In this document: in pieces, positions 1 to 10,175 of the stretch
How positions within the stretch are numbered: the stretch's first letter is position 1
Layout: every line of letters starts with the position of its first letter
From: Alkalispirochaeta sp.
Lineage (GTDB): Bacteria > Spirochaetota > Spirochaetia > DSM-27196 > Alkalispirochaetaceae
Reading direction: 5' to 3'
DNA length: 64,000 nt
Assembly: GCA_965601925.1 (NCBI GenBank)
Contig: OZ271854.1
Coordinates: 2,752,001 to 2,816,000 of the forward strand
The notes under the pieces: model-generated
What the model saw: the letters and a program-made list of their open reading frames with translations, nothing else
What the model was told of the DNA's origin: nothing
Databases searched by the model: none
Program-made: the position numbers and the translations under genes

Positions 1-23
1 ACTCGTGCGCCACCTTTCAATCC

Positions 24-1310
24 ATGGACTGCGTCGCCATCAGGGCCGGACTTGCGGGGCTCAAGTTCTCGCCGACCCTACTCATCAACGAAGAGGTGGC
101 CGCGTATCGTCGCGAGGGACGGACCGTCTACCATATGGGATTCGGCGAGTCGCCCTTTCCCGTGCATCCGATCATTCAACGCGCGATATCGGGATACTCC
201 GGGAAGAATCAATACTTGCCTGCATCCGGTCTCCAGGAGCTGCGGCTCAAAGCCAAGCGGCATATTCTCAAGAAGCACGATGTTCCGAGTTCTGAGTTCG
301 AGGCGCTCATCGGTCCCGGCAGCAAGGAGTTGATTTTCGATATTCAACTCGCCGTGGAGGGAGACCTCCTTTTTCCCGCTCCCTCATGGGTGAGCTACAT
401 TCCGCAAACCTTGATTACCCGCGACGAGGTCGTGCGAATCCGGCTCGAACCGGAACACTGTTACAAGCTCACCGCCGAGACGTTGGAGCGGCGCATCGTC
501 GCGAGTCGGAACGAGGGATACAATCCGACCAAATTGATTCTCAATTATCCTAACAATCCCACCGGTATGACCTACCAACCGCAAGAGTTGGAGGCGATCG
601 CGGACGTATGTCGCCGTCGGGGAGTGCTTATCATATCCGACGAGATTTACGCCCAGGTGGCGTTTCGTACGCCCCATCGGAGCATCGCGTATTACTATCC
701 GGAGGGGACGATCGTCACGACGGGGCTCAGTAAACACCTCTCCTTGGGTGGATTTCGCCTCGGGGTAGCATTGGTGCCTCGGGGGCTCGAACGCGTGTTT
801 CAGGTCCTTCGATCGATCGCGAGCGAGACCTTTTCTGCGGTCTCGACGCCTATTCAGTACGGCGTGCTCGCGGCGTTCGAAGGGCACGCGGAGATCGAAC
901 GCTATATCGAGGAGTGTACCGAGATTCACGACACGGTGACGCGCTACGTGTGGCGCACCTTGGTCGATCTCGGGGTGGACTACGCCGAACCTCAGGGAGG
1001 ATTCTACCTGTACCCGGATTTCGAGCGGTATCGAGACCGCCTCGGCGCACGATACGGTGTTGCCGGAAGCGAGGAACTGGCCGCGGCCTTGCTCAGAGAG
1101 CGTTCGGTGGCTACGCTTCCCGGAACCGCCTTCGGAGATCGGCCCGAGGCGTTGCGATTACGCCTTTCCACCGTCGACTTCGACGGGGTGGACGCCCTGG
1201 CGCACTATCGCGACGGCGGTATCGACCGGGGGAATAGTTTTGTCGAGACGGTATGCCCGCGAGTCGCAGCGGGATCTCGCAATCTACGAGAGTTTTTCGA
1301 AAGGGCTTGA
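24..1310 (+). CDS. Class I/II PLP aminotransferase (aspartate aminotransferase-like)
   Basis: Motifs LNYPNNPTG, ISDEIY, TGLSKHLSLGGFRLG (PLP Lys). Frame is open to the window edge, so the true start may lie upstream. Confidence 0.9.
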   Translation: MDCVAIRAGLAGLKFSPTLLINEEVAAYRREGRTVYHMGFGESPFPVHPIIQRAISGYSGKNQYLPASGLQELRLKAKRHILKKHDVPSSEFEALIGPGSKELIFDIQLAVEGDLLFPAPSWVSYIPQTLITRDEVVRIRLEPEHCYKLTAETLERRIVASRNEGYNPTKLILNYPNNPTGMTYQPQELEAIADVCRRRGVLIISDEIYAQVAFRTPHRSIAYYYPEGTIVTTGLSKHLSLGGFRLGVALVPRGLERVFQVLRSIASETFSAVSTPIQYGVLAAFEGHAEIERYIEECTEIHDTVTRYVWRTLVDLGVDYAEPQGGFYLYPDFERYRDRLGARYGVAGSEELAAALLRERSVATLPGTAFGDRPEALRLRLSTVDFDGVDALAHYRDGGIDRGNSFVETVCPRVAAGSRNLREFFERA

Positions 1311-1313
1311 GTT

Positions 1314-1880
1314 ATGAGACTTGATGTAATGCAAAGATTCCGACACCGCGTCCGTCGCCCGACGGTGTGCCTCGCTGTAGCCGCCGTGTGTCTCCTCGGC
1401 ATCGGTGTGGAGATTGCGGCGCAGGCCAACAATCAGGCGGAGGAGAGCGATCGCATCGATCTGGGGCGCCTATCGGAGGGTCCCGCGATTGTCGGAGGCG
1501 GCATCGTCTTCGGCGAGCCGACCGGTATTACCGCAAAGTTATGGTTTCCTGAAACGGGATTCGGGCTGGATGCGGCCGTCGCATGGTCATTTCAGGACGA
1601 TACATCGCTCCATCTTCACGCGAACGTCATAGCCCATCTCGCCCTTATCGAGACTCAGGGCGGCCGCTATATCGTGCCGTATGTCGGGTTGGGTATCACG
1701 AACACGTATGGCGACGACACCAGTTTCGGTCTTCGCGTGCCGGTCGGTCTCTCGTTGTTGCCGTTTCCGACCTTTCCGATCGAGTTTTTTGCCGAGTTGG
1801 CTCCCGGTATCGGATTGATTCCCGAAACGGATGCCGAGTTCGGCGCGGGGATCGGGGTGCGCTTTTATGTACCGCTGTAG
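1314..1880 (+). CDS. Exported small beta-barrel-like outer membrane protein (DUF3996-like)
   Basis: Signal peptide, GGGIVFGEPTGITAKLW, alternating beta-strand pattern, C-terminal GIGVRFY. Confidence 0.65.
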   Translation: MRLDVMQRFRHRVRRPTVCLAVAAVCLLGIGVEIAAQANNQAEESDRIDLGRLSEGPAIVGGGIVFGEPTGITAKLWFPETGFGLDAAVAWSFQDDTSLHLHANVIAHLALIETQGGRYIVPYVGLGITNTYGDDTSFGLRVPVGLSLLPFPTFPIEFFAELAPGIGLIPETDAEFGAGIGVRFYVPL

Positions 1881-1891
1881 CGGCTCCGCGG

Positions 1892-2242
1892 TTATCCTAT
1901 GATGCGTACCATCCCTTTGACGGCGACAATGAGTAATATGCTCCCCTTGATGAACAGATGTATGTTCGCCGTCGTGCGCCTAAGGCGTCCGATTCCCAGA
2001 CGGCCGAAGAGATGAAAGAAGAAATCGTCGTCCGGGTGTGAGTGTCCGCGTATTTTCTGAATCCGGCTGAGTAGACAGTCTCCGACGATTCGTTCATGGA
2101 CGGCGTGAGTAACGATCATCGCCGCGCCCCAGTACCACTCCGTCGCGACGGCAAACGCGTAGGAAAATGCGATGAACAGCAGATGGAGACTCGCGAGATA
2201 GACCTCTTCCGGAGGCGCTCCGACGGCGCTACTCGTATCCAT
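1892..2242 (-). CDS. Small membrane protein (weakly DUF2784-like)
   Basis: Hydrophobic helices, GDCLLSRIQ..DFFFHL segment, fills the gap between convergent and divergent genes. Confidence 0.5.
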   Translation of the reverse strand: MDTSSAVGAPPEEVYLASLHLLFIAFSYAFAVATEWYWGAAMIVTHAVHERIVGDCLLSRIQKIRGHSHPDDDFFFHLFGRLGIGRLRRTTANIHLFIKGSILLIVAVKGMVRIIG

Positions 2243-2282
2243 CGATCCTTAATATAATCCTCGTGACGGAAGGAGAAAACAG

Positions 2283-3236
2283 ATGATGAACGCAGTACAG
2301 TTCGACAGACACGGTGGACCCGAGGTGCTCCAGTTTCGTGATACCGAACGTCCGACTCCTTCGGGAGACGAAGTCCTGGTGCGCGTGCACGCCGCGGGAC
2401 TGAACTACATCGACACCTACCACCGCTCGGGATATTATCCCGTGCCGTCTCTCCCCAGTGGGCTGGGCGTCGAGGGTGCCGGTGTGGTCGAAGGTACGGA
2501 TCGGCGCGTCGCGTTTGTCGTTCCCTCGCCCGGCACGTATCAACAGTATCGTACCGTTCCTGCGAGTCAACTCGTCGATCTTCCCGACGACATCGACTTT
2601 GACCAAGCTGCCGCTATGATGCTCAAAGGCATGACGGCGCGCTATCTCCTGCGTCAGACCTTTCCGGTCAGTGCGGACCACACGGTCCTCGTTCACGCGG
2701 CGGCCGGCGGGGTCGGTCTTATTCTCTGCCAATGGGCGTCGTATCTCGGTGCGAGAGTCATCGGAACCGTCGGAAGCCCGGAAAAGGCGCACCTGGCCGC
2801 CGAGAATGGATGCGCGTATCCGATTCTCTATCGCGAGGAGGATGTGGTCGAGCGCGTCAGGGAGATAACCGCAGGAGATCTCGCGGACGTCGTGTACGAT
2901 TCGGTCGGCAAAGATACCTTCGAGAAGAGTATGCAGTGTCTTAAACCCCGGGGCCTCATGGTTACCTTCGGCCAGAGCTCCGGAGCCGTCGAAGGGTTCG
3001 ACCCGGTGCTGCTTTCGCGCCACGGTTCGCTCTTTTTGACGCGCCCCACGCTCTTTCACTACGTCGCCGAACGCGAGGAGTTGGAAGAAAACGCCCGCGA
3101 GCTGTTTGAGGTGGTTCGCGACGGCCGCGTCTCGATTCCCGTGCGGCAGCGATTTCCTTTGTCCGGTGCGGCCGAGGCGCATCGTGCGCTGCAATCCCGA
3201 TCTACCACCGGCTCCACGGTGTTGGTCGTGGACTGA
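2283..3236 (+). CDS. qor: NADPH:quinone oxidoreductase (zeta-crystallin/MDR family)
   Basis: GGPEVL, GLNYID, LVHAAAGGVG, VVYDSVGKDTF, GSLFLTRPTL; RBS AAGGAG. Confidence 0.92.
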   Translation: MMNAVQFDRHGGPEVLQFRDTERPTPSGDEVLVRVHAAGLNYIDTYHRSGYYPVPSLPSGLGVEGAGVVEGTDRRVAFVVPSPGTYQQYRTVPASQLVDLPDDIDFDQAAAMMLKGMTARYLLRQTFPVSADHTVLVHAAAGGVGLILCQWASYLGARVIGTVGSPEKAHLAAENGCAYPILYREEDVVERVREITAGDLADVVYDSVGKDTFEKSMQCLKPRGLMVTFGQSSGAVEGFDPVLLSRHGSLFLTRPTLFHYVAEREELEENARELFEVVRDGRVSIPVRQRFPLSGAAEAHRALQSRSTTGSTVLVVD

Positions 3237-3263
3237 TCGAAGAACGCGTGGTATACCTGGCCC

Positions 3264-5000
3264 ATGCATCGCAGTGACATCCAGATAGCGCAAGAAGCCC
3301 GGGCGTTGCCCACCGGCGAGATCGCGAAGCGCGCCGGACTCAAAGACCACGAATGGCTTCCGTGGGGGCGGAACATCGCAAAAGTCGACCCGGACGTCGG
3401 GAAACGATCCAGGCACCGGGACGCGCGGTACGTCGACGTCACCGCTATCACGCCGACTCCTCTCGGGGAGGGCAAGACAACGACTACCGTCGGTCTCACC
3501 CAGGGATTGGGACTGATAGGCAAGCGCGCGATGTGTGCGATCAGACAGCCGTCCATGGGCCCGACCTTCGGCATAAAGGGGGGCGCCGCCGGCGGCGGAT
3601 ATAGTCAGATCATACCGATGGAAGAGTTCAACCTCCACCTCACGGGAGATATTCACGCGATCGCGGCCGCGCACAACCTTATCGCCGCGGCGATCGACAA
3701 CCAGATGTACCACGAGTCCCGGTGGTCGCCGGCATTTTTCGAGAAACGAGGGCTACGAACGTTCGATATCGACCCGTACACGATCAGTTGGAACCGTGTC
3801 GTCGACCTCAACGATCGATCGCTTCGCTCCGTGGTTACCGGGCTCGGCGATCTCGCCGATGGCCCGATCCGTCAAGGAGGATTCGACATCGCGGTGGCGA
3901 GCGAGCTCATGGCGATACTCGCCCTTTCGGCCGATTTGGCCGATCTTCGCGCGCGAATCGGGCGTGTCGTCGTCGCGGAGGATCGTAAGGGACGCCCCGT
4001 TACCACCGAGGATCTCGGCGTGGCGGGTGCCGCAACGGTGCTGTTGAAGGATGCCCTGTGGCCCAATGTGTTGCAGACGATCGAAGGACAGCCGGCCTTT
4101 GTCCACGCCGGGCCGTTTGCAAATATCGCCCACGGCAACTCGTCGGTGATCGCCGATCGCATCGCCCTTGCGCAGGGGGGATTCTTGATTACCGAGAGCG
4201 GTTTCGGTGCCGATATCGGCATGGAGAAGTTCTTCGACATCAAGTGCCGTGTGAGCGGTCTCTTTCCGGACGCGGTCGTACTGGTCGCCACGGTGCGCGC
4301 GTTGAAGATGCACGGCGGCGGACCGCGCGTAACACCGGGCCGTGCGCTTGCTCGGCAGTACCGTGAAGAGGACGTGGAGCTCCTCGAGCGCGGGCTCGAC
4401 AACCTACGTGCTCACATACGCATTATCGGCGAGTTCGGCGTGCCGGCGGTGGTGGCTATTAACGCCTTCGATACCGACACGCCGCGCGAGTGGGAGATGA
4501 TTCGTAATGCGGCCGCCGGAGCCGGAGCCTACGGCGCCGTTGTGACGCGCCACCACGCGGAGGGGGGCAAAGGGGCGGAGGAGCTTGCAACGGTCGTCGC
4601 CGAGGCGGCGGACTCACCCGCGTCGCCGCGATTTCTCTACGATCTGTCCGCACCTCTGGTCGAGAAGATACGCATCGTCGCCACGCGCATGTACGGAGCG
4701 CGCGATCTCGACCTCAGTCCCAAAGCGGCTCAGCAGATCGAGGCGTTCGAGGAGCGCGGCTACGGAGATCTTCCCGTCTGTATCGCCAAGACGCACCTTT
4801 CGATTAGCCACGATCCTGAGCTGAAGAACGTGCCGCGCGACTTTTTGTTTCCGATTCGGGAACTGCGAGCGTCGGTCGGTGCCGGTTTCATCTATGCGTT
4901 GGCGGGCGACGTGCGGACGATGCCGGGCCTTCCCAGCCGGCCCGCGTATCACGATATCGATATCGACACCGCGACGGGACTGGTTCGGGGACTCTTTTAG
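3264..5000 (+). CDS. fhs: Formate--tetrahydrofolate ligase
   Basis: TPTPLGEGKTTT, GIKGGAAGGGYSQ, HAGPFANIAHGNSS, TESGFGADIGMEKF, TMPGLP. Confidence 0.97.
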   Translation: MHRSDIQIAQEARALPTGEIAKRAGLKDHEWLPWGRNIAKVDPDVGKRSRHRDARYVDVTAITPTPLGEGKTTTTVGLTQGLGLIGKRAMCAIRQPSMGPTFGIKGGAAGGGYSQIIPMEEFNLHLTGDIHAIAAAHNLIAAAIDNQMYHESRWSPAFFEKRGLRTFDIDPYTISWNRVVDLNDRSLRSVVTGLGDLADGPIRQGGFDIAVASELMAILALSADLADLRARIGRVVVAEDRKGRPVTTEDLGVAGAATVLLKDALWPNVLQTIEGQPAFVHAGPFANIAHGNSSVIADRIALAQGGFLITESGFGADIGMEKFFDIKCRVSGLFPDAVVLVATVRALKMHGGGPRVTPGRALARQYREEDVELLERGLDNLRAHIRIIGEFGVPAVVAINAFDTDTPREWEMIRNAAAGAGAYGAVVTRHHAEGGKGAEELATVVAEAADSPASPRFLYDLSAPLVEKIRIVATRMYGARDLDLSPKAAQQIEAFEERGYGDLPVCIAKTHLSISHDPELKNVPRDFLFPIRELRASVGAGFIYALAGDVRTMPGLPSRPAYHDIDIDTATGLVRGLF

Positions 5001-5155
5001 GCGTGGTCAAAACGCGTCGCTCGTACGACCCTAATGCGCCCTTTTGACCCACATGGCGTATTTTGGAGATCACGGCGGGCGAAACATGTGATACCGTGTC
5101 AGTATGTCTTTTCCTTGAAACGATATACGGCTTAGGTGATTTCTTCACGGATGGC

Positions 5156-5173
5156 ATGTGAATTGCTTCACTA
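5156..5173. promoter_or_regulatory. Rex/CRP-like palindrome upstream of the M48 protease
   Basis: ATGTGAA-TTGC-TTCACTA, 12/14 match to the Rex consensus TTGTGAA-N4-TTCACAA. Confidence 0.35.
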
Positions 5174-5179
5174 TGGGTA

Positions 5180-6058
5180 ATGATTGTGTCAAACGAGTAT
5201 CTTAGACAGAGACGATTGCGTCTCCTACAGACCATCGTTCTTGCGGTGGTCATGATATATCTCGCCGCCCGGGCCGCCGCAGTAGTGTTGGGACCCGTCG
5301 GCGGTCTAGTGGCCCTGGCTCTAATCGCGACGGTGACTCTTGCCGGTGTCGGCAGTCGACGCATACTGTTGCCTAACGGTACGCGGAAACTTGCGTGGTA
5401 CGATGCGCCGGAGTTCTACGACCATCTCCGCGATTTGAGTGAGCGGGCAGGCCTCGAGGCGGTACCGCCGATCTTCATCCTCCCCTCCGACCGGGCCGAG
5501 GCGATGACCACCGGAGTCGGTGGAAATACGATGATCCTGCTCTCCCGCGGTCTCCTCGCGACGCTCTCCATGCGGGAGCTTCGCGCCGTCGTAGCGCACG
5601 AAATCGCCCATATACGCAATCGCGACCTTCCGCTGTTCGCCGTCGTCGCGGCGATGCAGCGCGTCACTCGCTTGGTGGCGGGGGCGCTGGGCGTCATCCT
5701 TGTCGTCACGTTTCCACTTCTTTTTTTCGGGACGACCCTTCTCCCGCCGGCGGCGTTGCTCTATCTCGGCGTAGTACCCGTTATCAGTCTTCTGGCGCAG
5801 TTCGCGCTTCTGCGGACGCGCGAGTTCCAGGCCGACCTCGGCGCGGTAGAGCTTACCGGCGATCCGGCCGCGTTGGCGAACGCTCTGGCGCGCCTCGATC
5901 ACGTACACCGCCCACTGTGGAGCGTCATCGTCATGGGCGGAACGCGCCGCAGTGCCCTCTCGGAACTTCTCAAGACGCACCCGAGCACGACGGAACGGAT
6001 CGAGCGTCTTCGCGATCTGGCCCGCGACGCCACAGGAACGCACACACGTCGATTCTAA
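5180..6058 (+). CDS. HtpX-family M48 zinc metalloprotease
   Basis: AVVAHEIAHIRNRD (HExxH), REFQAD, THPSTTERI, transmembrane segments. Confidence 0.9.
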   Translation: MIVSNEYLRQRRLRLLQTIVLAVVMIYLAARAAAVVLGPVGGLVALALIATVTLAGVGSRRILLPNGTRKLAWYDAPEFYDHLRDLSERAGLEAVPPIFILPSDRAEAMTTGVGGNTMILLSRGLLATLSMRELRAVVAHEIAHIRNRDLPLFAVVAAMQRVTRLVAGALGVILVVTFPLLFFGTTLLPPAALLYLGVVPVISLLAQFALLRTREFQADLGAVELTGDPAALANALARLDHVHRPLWSVIVMGGTRRSALSELLKTHPSTTERIERLRDLARDATGTHTRRF

Positions 6059-6264
6059 CCGCCGGTAACGGTCGAAGACGTTCCGGTTCGTTCTGAATCG
6101 ACCGAGCACATCGAGTCGGACGGTGTATCGACGCACAATCGTGTCCCCTCGGTGTACGTGATGCGCGCGCTATATTTATTATTAGAAAAGTCATATATAT
6201 GTTGTCCCTATCGGGTATTCGCGGTATTTTCCGCCGTGTACTACCGAACCAAGGAGTGTTGGAA

Positions 6265-6744
6265 GTGATAAAGATATACCGCCTGTTCATTCCCTTCTTG
6301 CTGGTCGCAACCAGCGGCGTCCTCGGTGCACTTCAGCCCGTTGAACATCAAAATGTCGGAAGCGCCGGCGCTTCCCGGCGTATTGCCGTCGTTTCCGAAT
6401 GGAGTCGCTACAAGGCATCATTGATCGAGGCGTTGACGGAGGAGCTTGACGACGGAGAGACGAGCATCGCGGTACGCAGTTTTGACGATTTTTCAAATCT
6501 TGATGCGCGCGATTTCGATGCGGTAATCGTGATTAACGCCGGTGTGGGAAGCGAGGTACGACGTCCGGTGGTCGATTGGCTGAATCGACAAGATTCCGAC
6601 GACAATATTGTCGTGCTTACGACGCAGATCTCCAACTGGACGCCGCAGATCGAGGTCGACTCGGTGACATCGGCGTCGCGTAACCGTAACATTCCGGAGG
6701 TGAGTCGCGAGTTGGTGGAGATCGCCCGCTCATATTACCGGTAG
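6265..6744 (+). CDS. Exported hypothetical protein, flavodoxin-like alpha/beta pattern
   Basis: GTG 6265 follows RBS AAGGAG (6251-6256); signal peptide; LDARDFDAVIVI. Confidence 0.6.
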   Translation: MIKIYRLFIPFLLVATSGVLGALQPVEHQNVGSAGASRRIAVVSEWSRYKASLIEALTEELDDGETSIAVRSFDDFSNLDARDFDAVIVINAGVGSEVRRPVVDWLNRQDSDDNIVVLTTQISNWTPQIEVDSVTSASRNRNIPEVSRELVEIARSYYR

Positions 6745-6801
6745 CGACGACCGGCGGCGGCGCATCGTGCCGTCGCCGTCGTTTCCATGTATAATCGTCG
6801 C

Positions 6802-8505
6802 ATGAGCGTCGATTGGGATGAGATACGAGCCGACATTGTAGGATGTGATGCGACGATCGCCACCCCGTACGGGGATCGCCGGATCGCATATGCCGACTTC
6901 ACCGCCTCCGGGCGGGCGCTTCGCAGTTTTGAGCGCTACGTCGAGCACCTTCTCGAACACTATGCCAACACGCACACCGAGGACGACACGACCGGACGGG
7001 TGACGAGTCGCCGCCTGGCGGCCGCGGAACGGATCATCAAGGATCGCCTTAACGCGGACGAGCACTACAAACTCATAGCCGTCGGCGCCGGCGCCACGGC
7101 GGCGATCAATCGTCTTCAACAGATTCTCGGTGTCTATATTCCCCCGGCGACCCGCGATCGTCTGGAGTGCATCGGGTGCCTTGACGCCGCCGACCCGGCG
7201 GTGCGTTCGCGCTTGCCGGTCGTATTCGTAGGACCCTACGAACACCATTCCAACGAAATTTCGTGGCGAGAGGGACTGGCGGAGGTGGTCGAAGTCGAAC
7301 TCGACGCGATGGGGCGGTTGTCTTTGGACGATCTGGAAACTAAGCTCGCCGATTCCGCGTGGGACGGTCGCCAGAAGATCGGCTCGTTTTCCGCCGCGTC
7401 GAACGTGTCCGGCGTACGGACCGACGTGTACGCCGTCGCGCGTACGCTCCATCGTCACGACGCGCTCGCCTTTTTCGATTTCTCGGCGTCGGCGCCGTAC
7501 GCCCGTATCGATGTGCGGCGTGACGAGGAGGCCTACTTCGACGGCGTCTTCTTCTCGCCCCACAAGTATTTGGGAGGTCCCGGAGCGAGCGGCGTTTTAT
7601 TGGTGCGCGACACGCTCTATCGCGACGACTTGCCCCCGTCGGTGTCGGGGGGCGGAACGGTGAGTTTCGTCAACGCTGCGACCCAGGACTATCTCGAGGA
7701 TATCGAGGAGCGGGAGAAAGCGGGAACGCCGGGCATCATACAAACCATGCGTGCCGCCCTGGCCATCGACCTCCAACATCTCATCGGAGTCGAGGCGATC
7801 GAGGAACGGGAGCGCGAGCTCATCGGGCGCGCGTTAGACCGGTTGGGCGCGGTGCGCGGGATCGAGATCGTCGGCGACGCACCGCCGGCCGAGAGACTCG
7901 CGATCTTTTCGTTTAACGTACGAGCGGGTACGGGATACCTCCACCCTCGGTTTGTCGTACGGCTGCTTAACGATCTATTCGGGATTCAATCGCGCGCCGG
8001 CTGCTCGTGCGCCGGCCCCTACGGCCATCGATTGTTACACATCGACCTGGAGACCTCCGAACGCTATCGCGACTATATCCGGCGCGGGGAGCACGGGGTC
8101 AAGCCGGGCTGGGTCAGGCTCAATTTCCATTATTTGACGACCGACGAGGAGTTCGATTTCATCTGTTCCGCCGTCGAGTTTATCGTACGCCACGGGAGAC
8201 TCTTTCTGGCCGATTACCGATTCGATCTCAAAAGCGGCGCATGGGTGCACCGTGACGAGGTCGAAGACGACGAACGTATGGGCGCAGAGGTCGCGTTGAC
8301 GGCGGGACGGATCGGCGGAACGCTCGATTCCCTCAAGGGTCGGTCGCGCGCGGACGATGCTGACGCGGTGCGCGCCGAACGAGCGAGATACTTCGCCGAG
8401 GCGGCTCGGTGCGCGGAGGAGCTTGCAGGTCGGTTCTCCGACGAGGATCTCAGGGAAACGGCCGACGAGTTGATCCCCTTCTGGTACCTGTCCGCGGTAC
8501 GGTAG
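6802..8505 (+). CDS. Class V PLP aminotransferase / cysteine desulfurase-like protein
   Basis: YADFTASGR, YANTHT, EHHSNEISW, FSPHKYLGGPG, QSRAGCSCAGPYGH; ATG lies 6 nt after TATAAT. Confidence 0.88.
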   Translation: MSVDWDEIRADIVGCDATIATPYGDRRIAYADFTASGRALRSFERYVEHLLEHYANTHTEDDTTGRVTSRRLAAAERIIKDRLNADEHYKLIAVGAGATAAINRLQQILGVYIPPATRDRLECIGCLDAADPAVRSRLPVVFVGPYEHHSNEISWREGLAEVVEVELDAMGRLSLDDLETKLADSAWDGRQKIGSFSAASNVSGVRTDVYAVARTLHRHDALAFFDFSASAPYARIDVRRDEEAYFDGVFFSPHKYLGGPGASGVLLVRDTLYRDDLPPSVSGGGTVSFVNAATQDYLEDIEEREKAGTPGIIQTMRAALAIDLQHLIGVEAIEERERELIGRALDRLGAVRGIEIVGDAPPAERLAIFSFNVRAGTGYLHPRFVVRLLNDLFGIQSRAGCSCAGPYGHRLLHIDLETSERYRDYIRRGEHGVKPGWVRLNFHYLTTDEEFDFICSAVEFIVRHGRLFLADYRFDLKSGAWVHRDEVEDDERMGAEVALTAGRIGGTLDSLKGRSRADDADAVRAERARYFAEAARCAEELAGRFSDEDLRETADELIPFWYLSAVR

Positions 8506-8558
8506 AGAGTTGCCGGGCCGAAGAGGCGGTAGTACCTTGGCGTCAAGGTTCAACCGTA

Positions 8559-10073
8559 ATGAAGCGAGCACTTGTTATCGGCAGCGGTTTCGGCGGGCTG
8601 TCCGCTGCAGCGTTTTTGGCCCGCGACGGCTATCGCGTAGAGGTCCTGGAGAAAAACGACTGGGTAGGCGGCCGCGCCCGCGTACTGGAAAAAGATGGAT
8701 ATCGGTTCGACATGGGGCCGAGTTGGTACTGGATGCCCGATCAGCACGACCGCTGGTTCGAGCAGTTCGGGGAATCACGCAGCGATTTCTACGATATTCA
8801 GCGCGTCGATCCGAGTTACCGCGTCTACTACGGCGACGCCGTACCCGGTGAGGAACGGAACGTCGTCGACATTCCCGCCGATCGGGAGGGTGCGCGCGCG
8901 GTATTCGAGCACTACGAGCCCGGTGCCGGCGAAGTGTTGGAGCGCTACATCGCCGACTGTCGTCGCAAGTATCGCTTTGCGATGGACTCGTTCATCTACA
9001 AGAACTACTATTCGGTCTTCGATTTGGTGAACTGGCGAGTCATATCGAATCTGCCGGGATTGAATATGTTCCAGAGCTTCGGTGGGCGGGTGCGTCGTCG
9101 ATTTCGCCACCCGTACCTGAGGCGGATTCTCGAGTTTCCCGTTGTCTTTCTCGGAAGTAGTCCCAAACAGACGCCGGCGATCTATACACTGATGAATCAC
9201 ATCGACTTCGATCTGGGTACGTGGTATCCGCACGGTGGCTTCGGCGCGGTAGTCGGCTCGATGCAAAAGGTCGCCGAACGTCAGGGCGCCGTATTCCGAT
9301 TCAACCACGAGGTAACCGAGATCGATGTCGAGCGTGTCGGCCGAAAGGCTCGCGCAGTCGGGGTGCAGGTAAAAACCGCTGATGGAGCCACGAGGCGCAT
9401 CGAGGGTGACGTCGTCGTCGCCAACGCCGACTATCACCACGTCGAAACCGACCTTTTGCCGCACGCGTATCGATCGATTTCGCGGCGACGATGGAAGAAT
9501 GTCTCCCTCGCTCCGGCGGTCGTGAACTATTATCTCGGATTCGATCGTGAACTCGACGAGTTCGTACATCACACCTTCTTCTTCGACGCCGACTGGGAGA
9601 CCCACTTCGATGCCGTGTACGGCCGCCGTCGCTGGATAGACGAGCCGCTGTTTTACATTCACCTTCCGTCCAAGACCGACCCGTCGAGCGCTCCGGCGGG
9701 ACACGAGGCGATGTTTCTCCTGATACCCGTCGCGCCGGGACTCGAAGATACGCCCGCGCGACGCGAGCAGTACCTGGAAGCCGCATTGTCGCGTATGGAG
9801 AGCCTTACCGGACGGCCGTTGAGACGCCATCTGGTGTTTCAGGAACGCATGTCGCTCTCCGATTTTGAGCGCGATTACCACGCCTTTCGGGGAAATGCCT
9901 TCGGCCTCGGACAGACGCTCCTCCAAACGGCGTGGTTCCGGACGGCGAATCGATCCAAGCGGGTCGAGAACCTCTACTTTGCCGGGCAGTACACCGTGCC
10001 CGGTACGGGAACGACTATGAGTATGATCAGCGGCGAGGTGGCGGCGATGCGTATCGGCGCGGAACAACCCTGA
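8559..10073 (+). CDS. crtI: Phytoene desaturase family (CrtI-type) FAD oxidoreductase
   Basis: VIGSGFGGLSAA, GGRA, FDMGPSWYWMP, NLYFAGQYTVPGTG. Confidence 0.88.
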   Translation: MKRALVIGSGFGGLSAAAFLARDGYRVEVLEKNDWVGGRARVLEKDGYRFDMGPSWYWMPDQHDRWFEQFGESRSDFYDIQRVDPSYRVYYGDAVPGEERNVVDIPADREGARAVFEHYEPGAGEVLERYIADCRRKYRFAMDSFIYKNYYSVFDLVNWRVISNLPGLNMFQSFGGRVRRRFRHPYLRRILEFPVVFLGSSPKQTPAIYTLMNHIDFDLGTWYPHGGFGAVVGSMQKVAERQGAVFRFNHEVTEIDVERVGRKARAVGVQVKTADGATRRIEGDVVVANADYHHVETDLLPHAYRSISRRRWKNVSLAPAVVNYYLGFDRELDEFVHHTFFFDADWETHFDAVYGRRRWIDEPLFYIHLPSKTDPSSAPAGHEAMFLLIPVAPGLEDTPARREQYLEAALSRMESLTGRPLRRHLVFQERMSLSDFERDYHAFRGNAFGLGQTLLQTAWFRTANRSKRVENLYFAGQYTVPGTGTTMSMISGEVAAMRIGAEQP

Positions 10074-10175
10074 CGTTTTGCACCGCGCATACGTCCTTTT
10101 TTGCGGGGTGCCGCGTCCGCTCGAGCGATGTCGGCCCATCTTGTCGCGACGATACGGGAGGAATAGACTGCTGCC

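Noticed and set aside
2474..2512. Shortened loop in Qor (GAGVVEGTDRRV)
   Set aside because: In-frame deletion of a surface loop with other motifs intact; no evidence of pseudogenisation
3264..5000. fhs as evidence of a Wood-Ljungdahl pathway
   Set aside because: No other pathway genes are in the window; assimilation of PFL-derived formate explains it adequately
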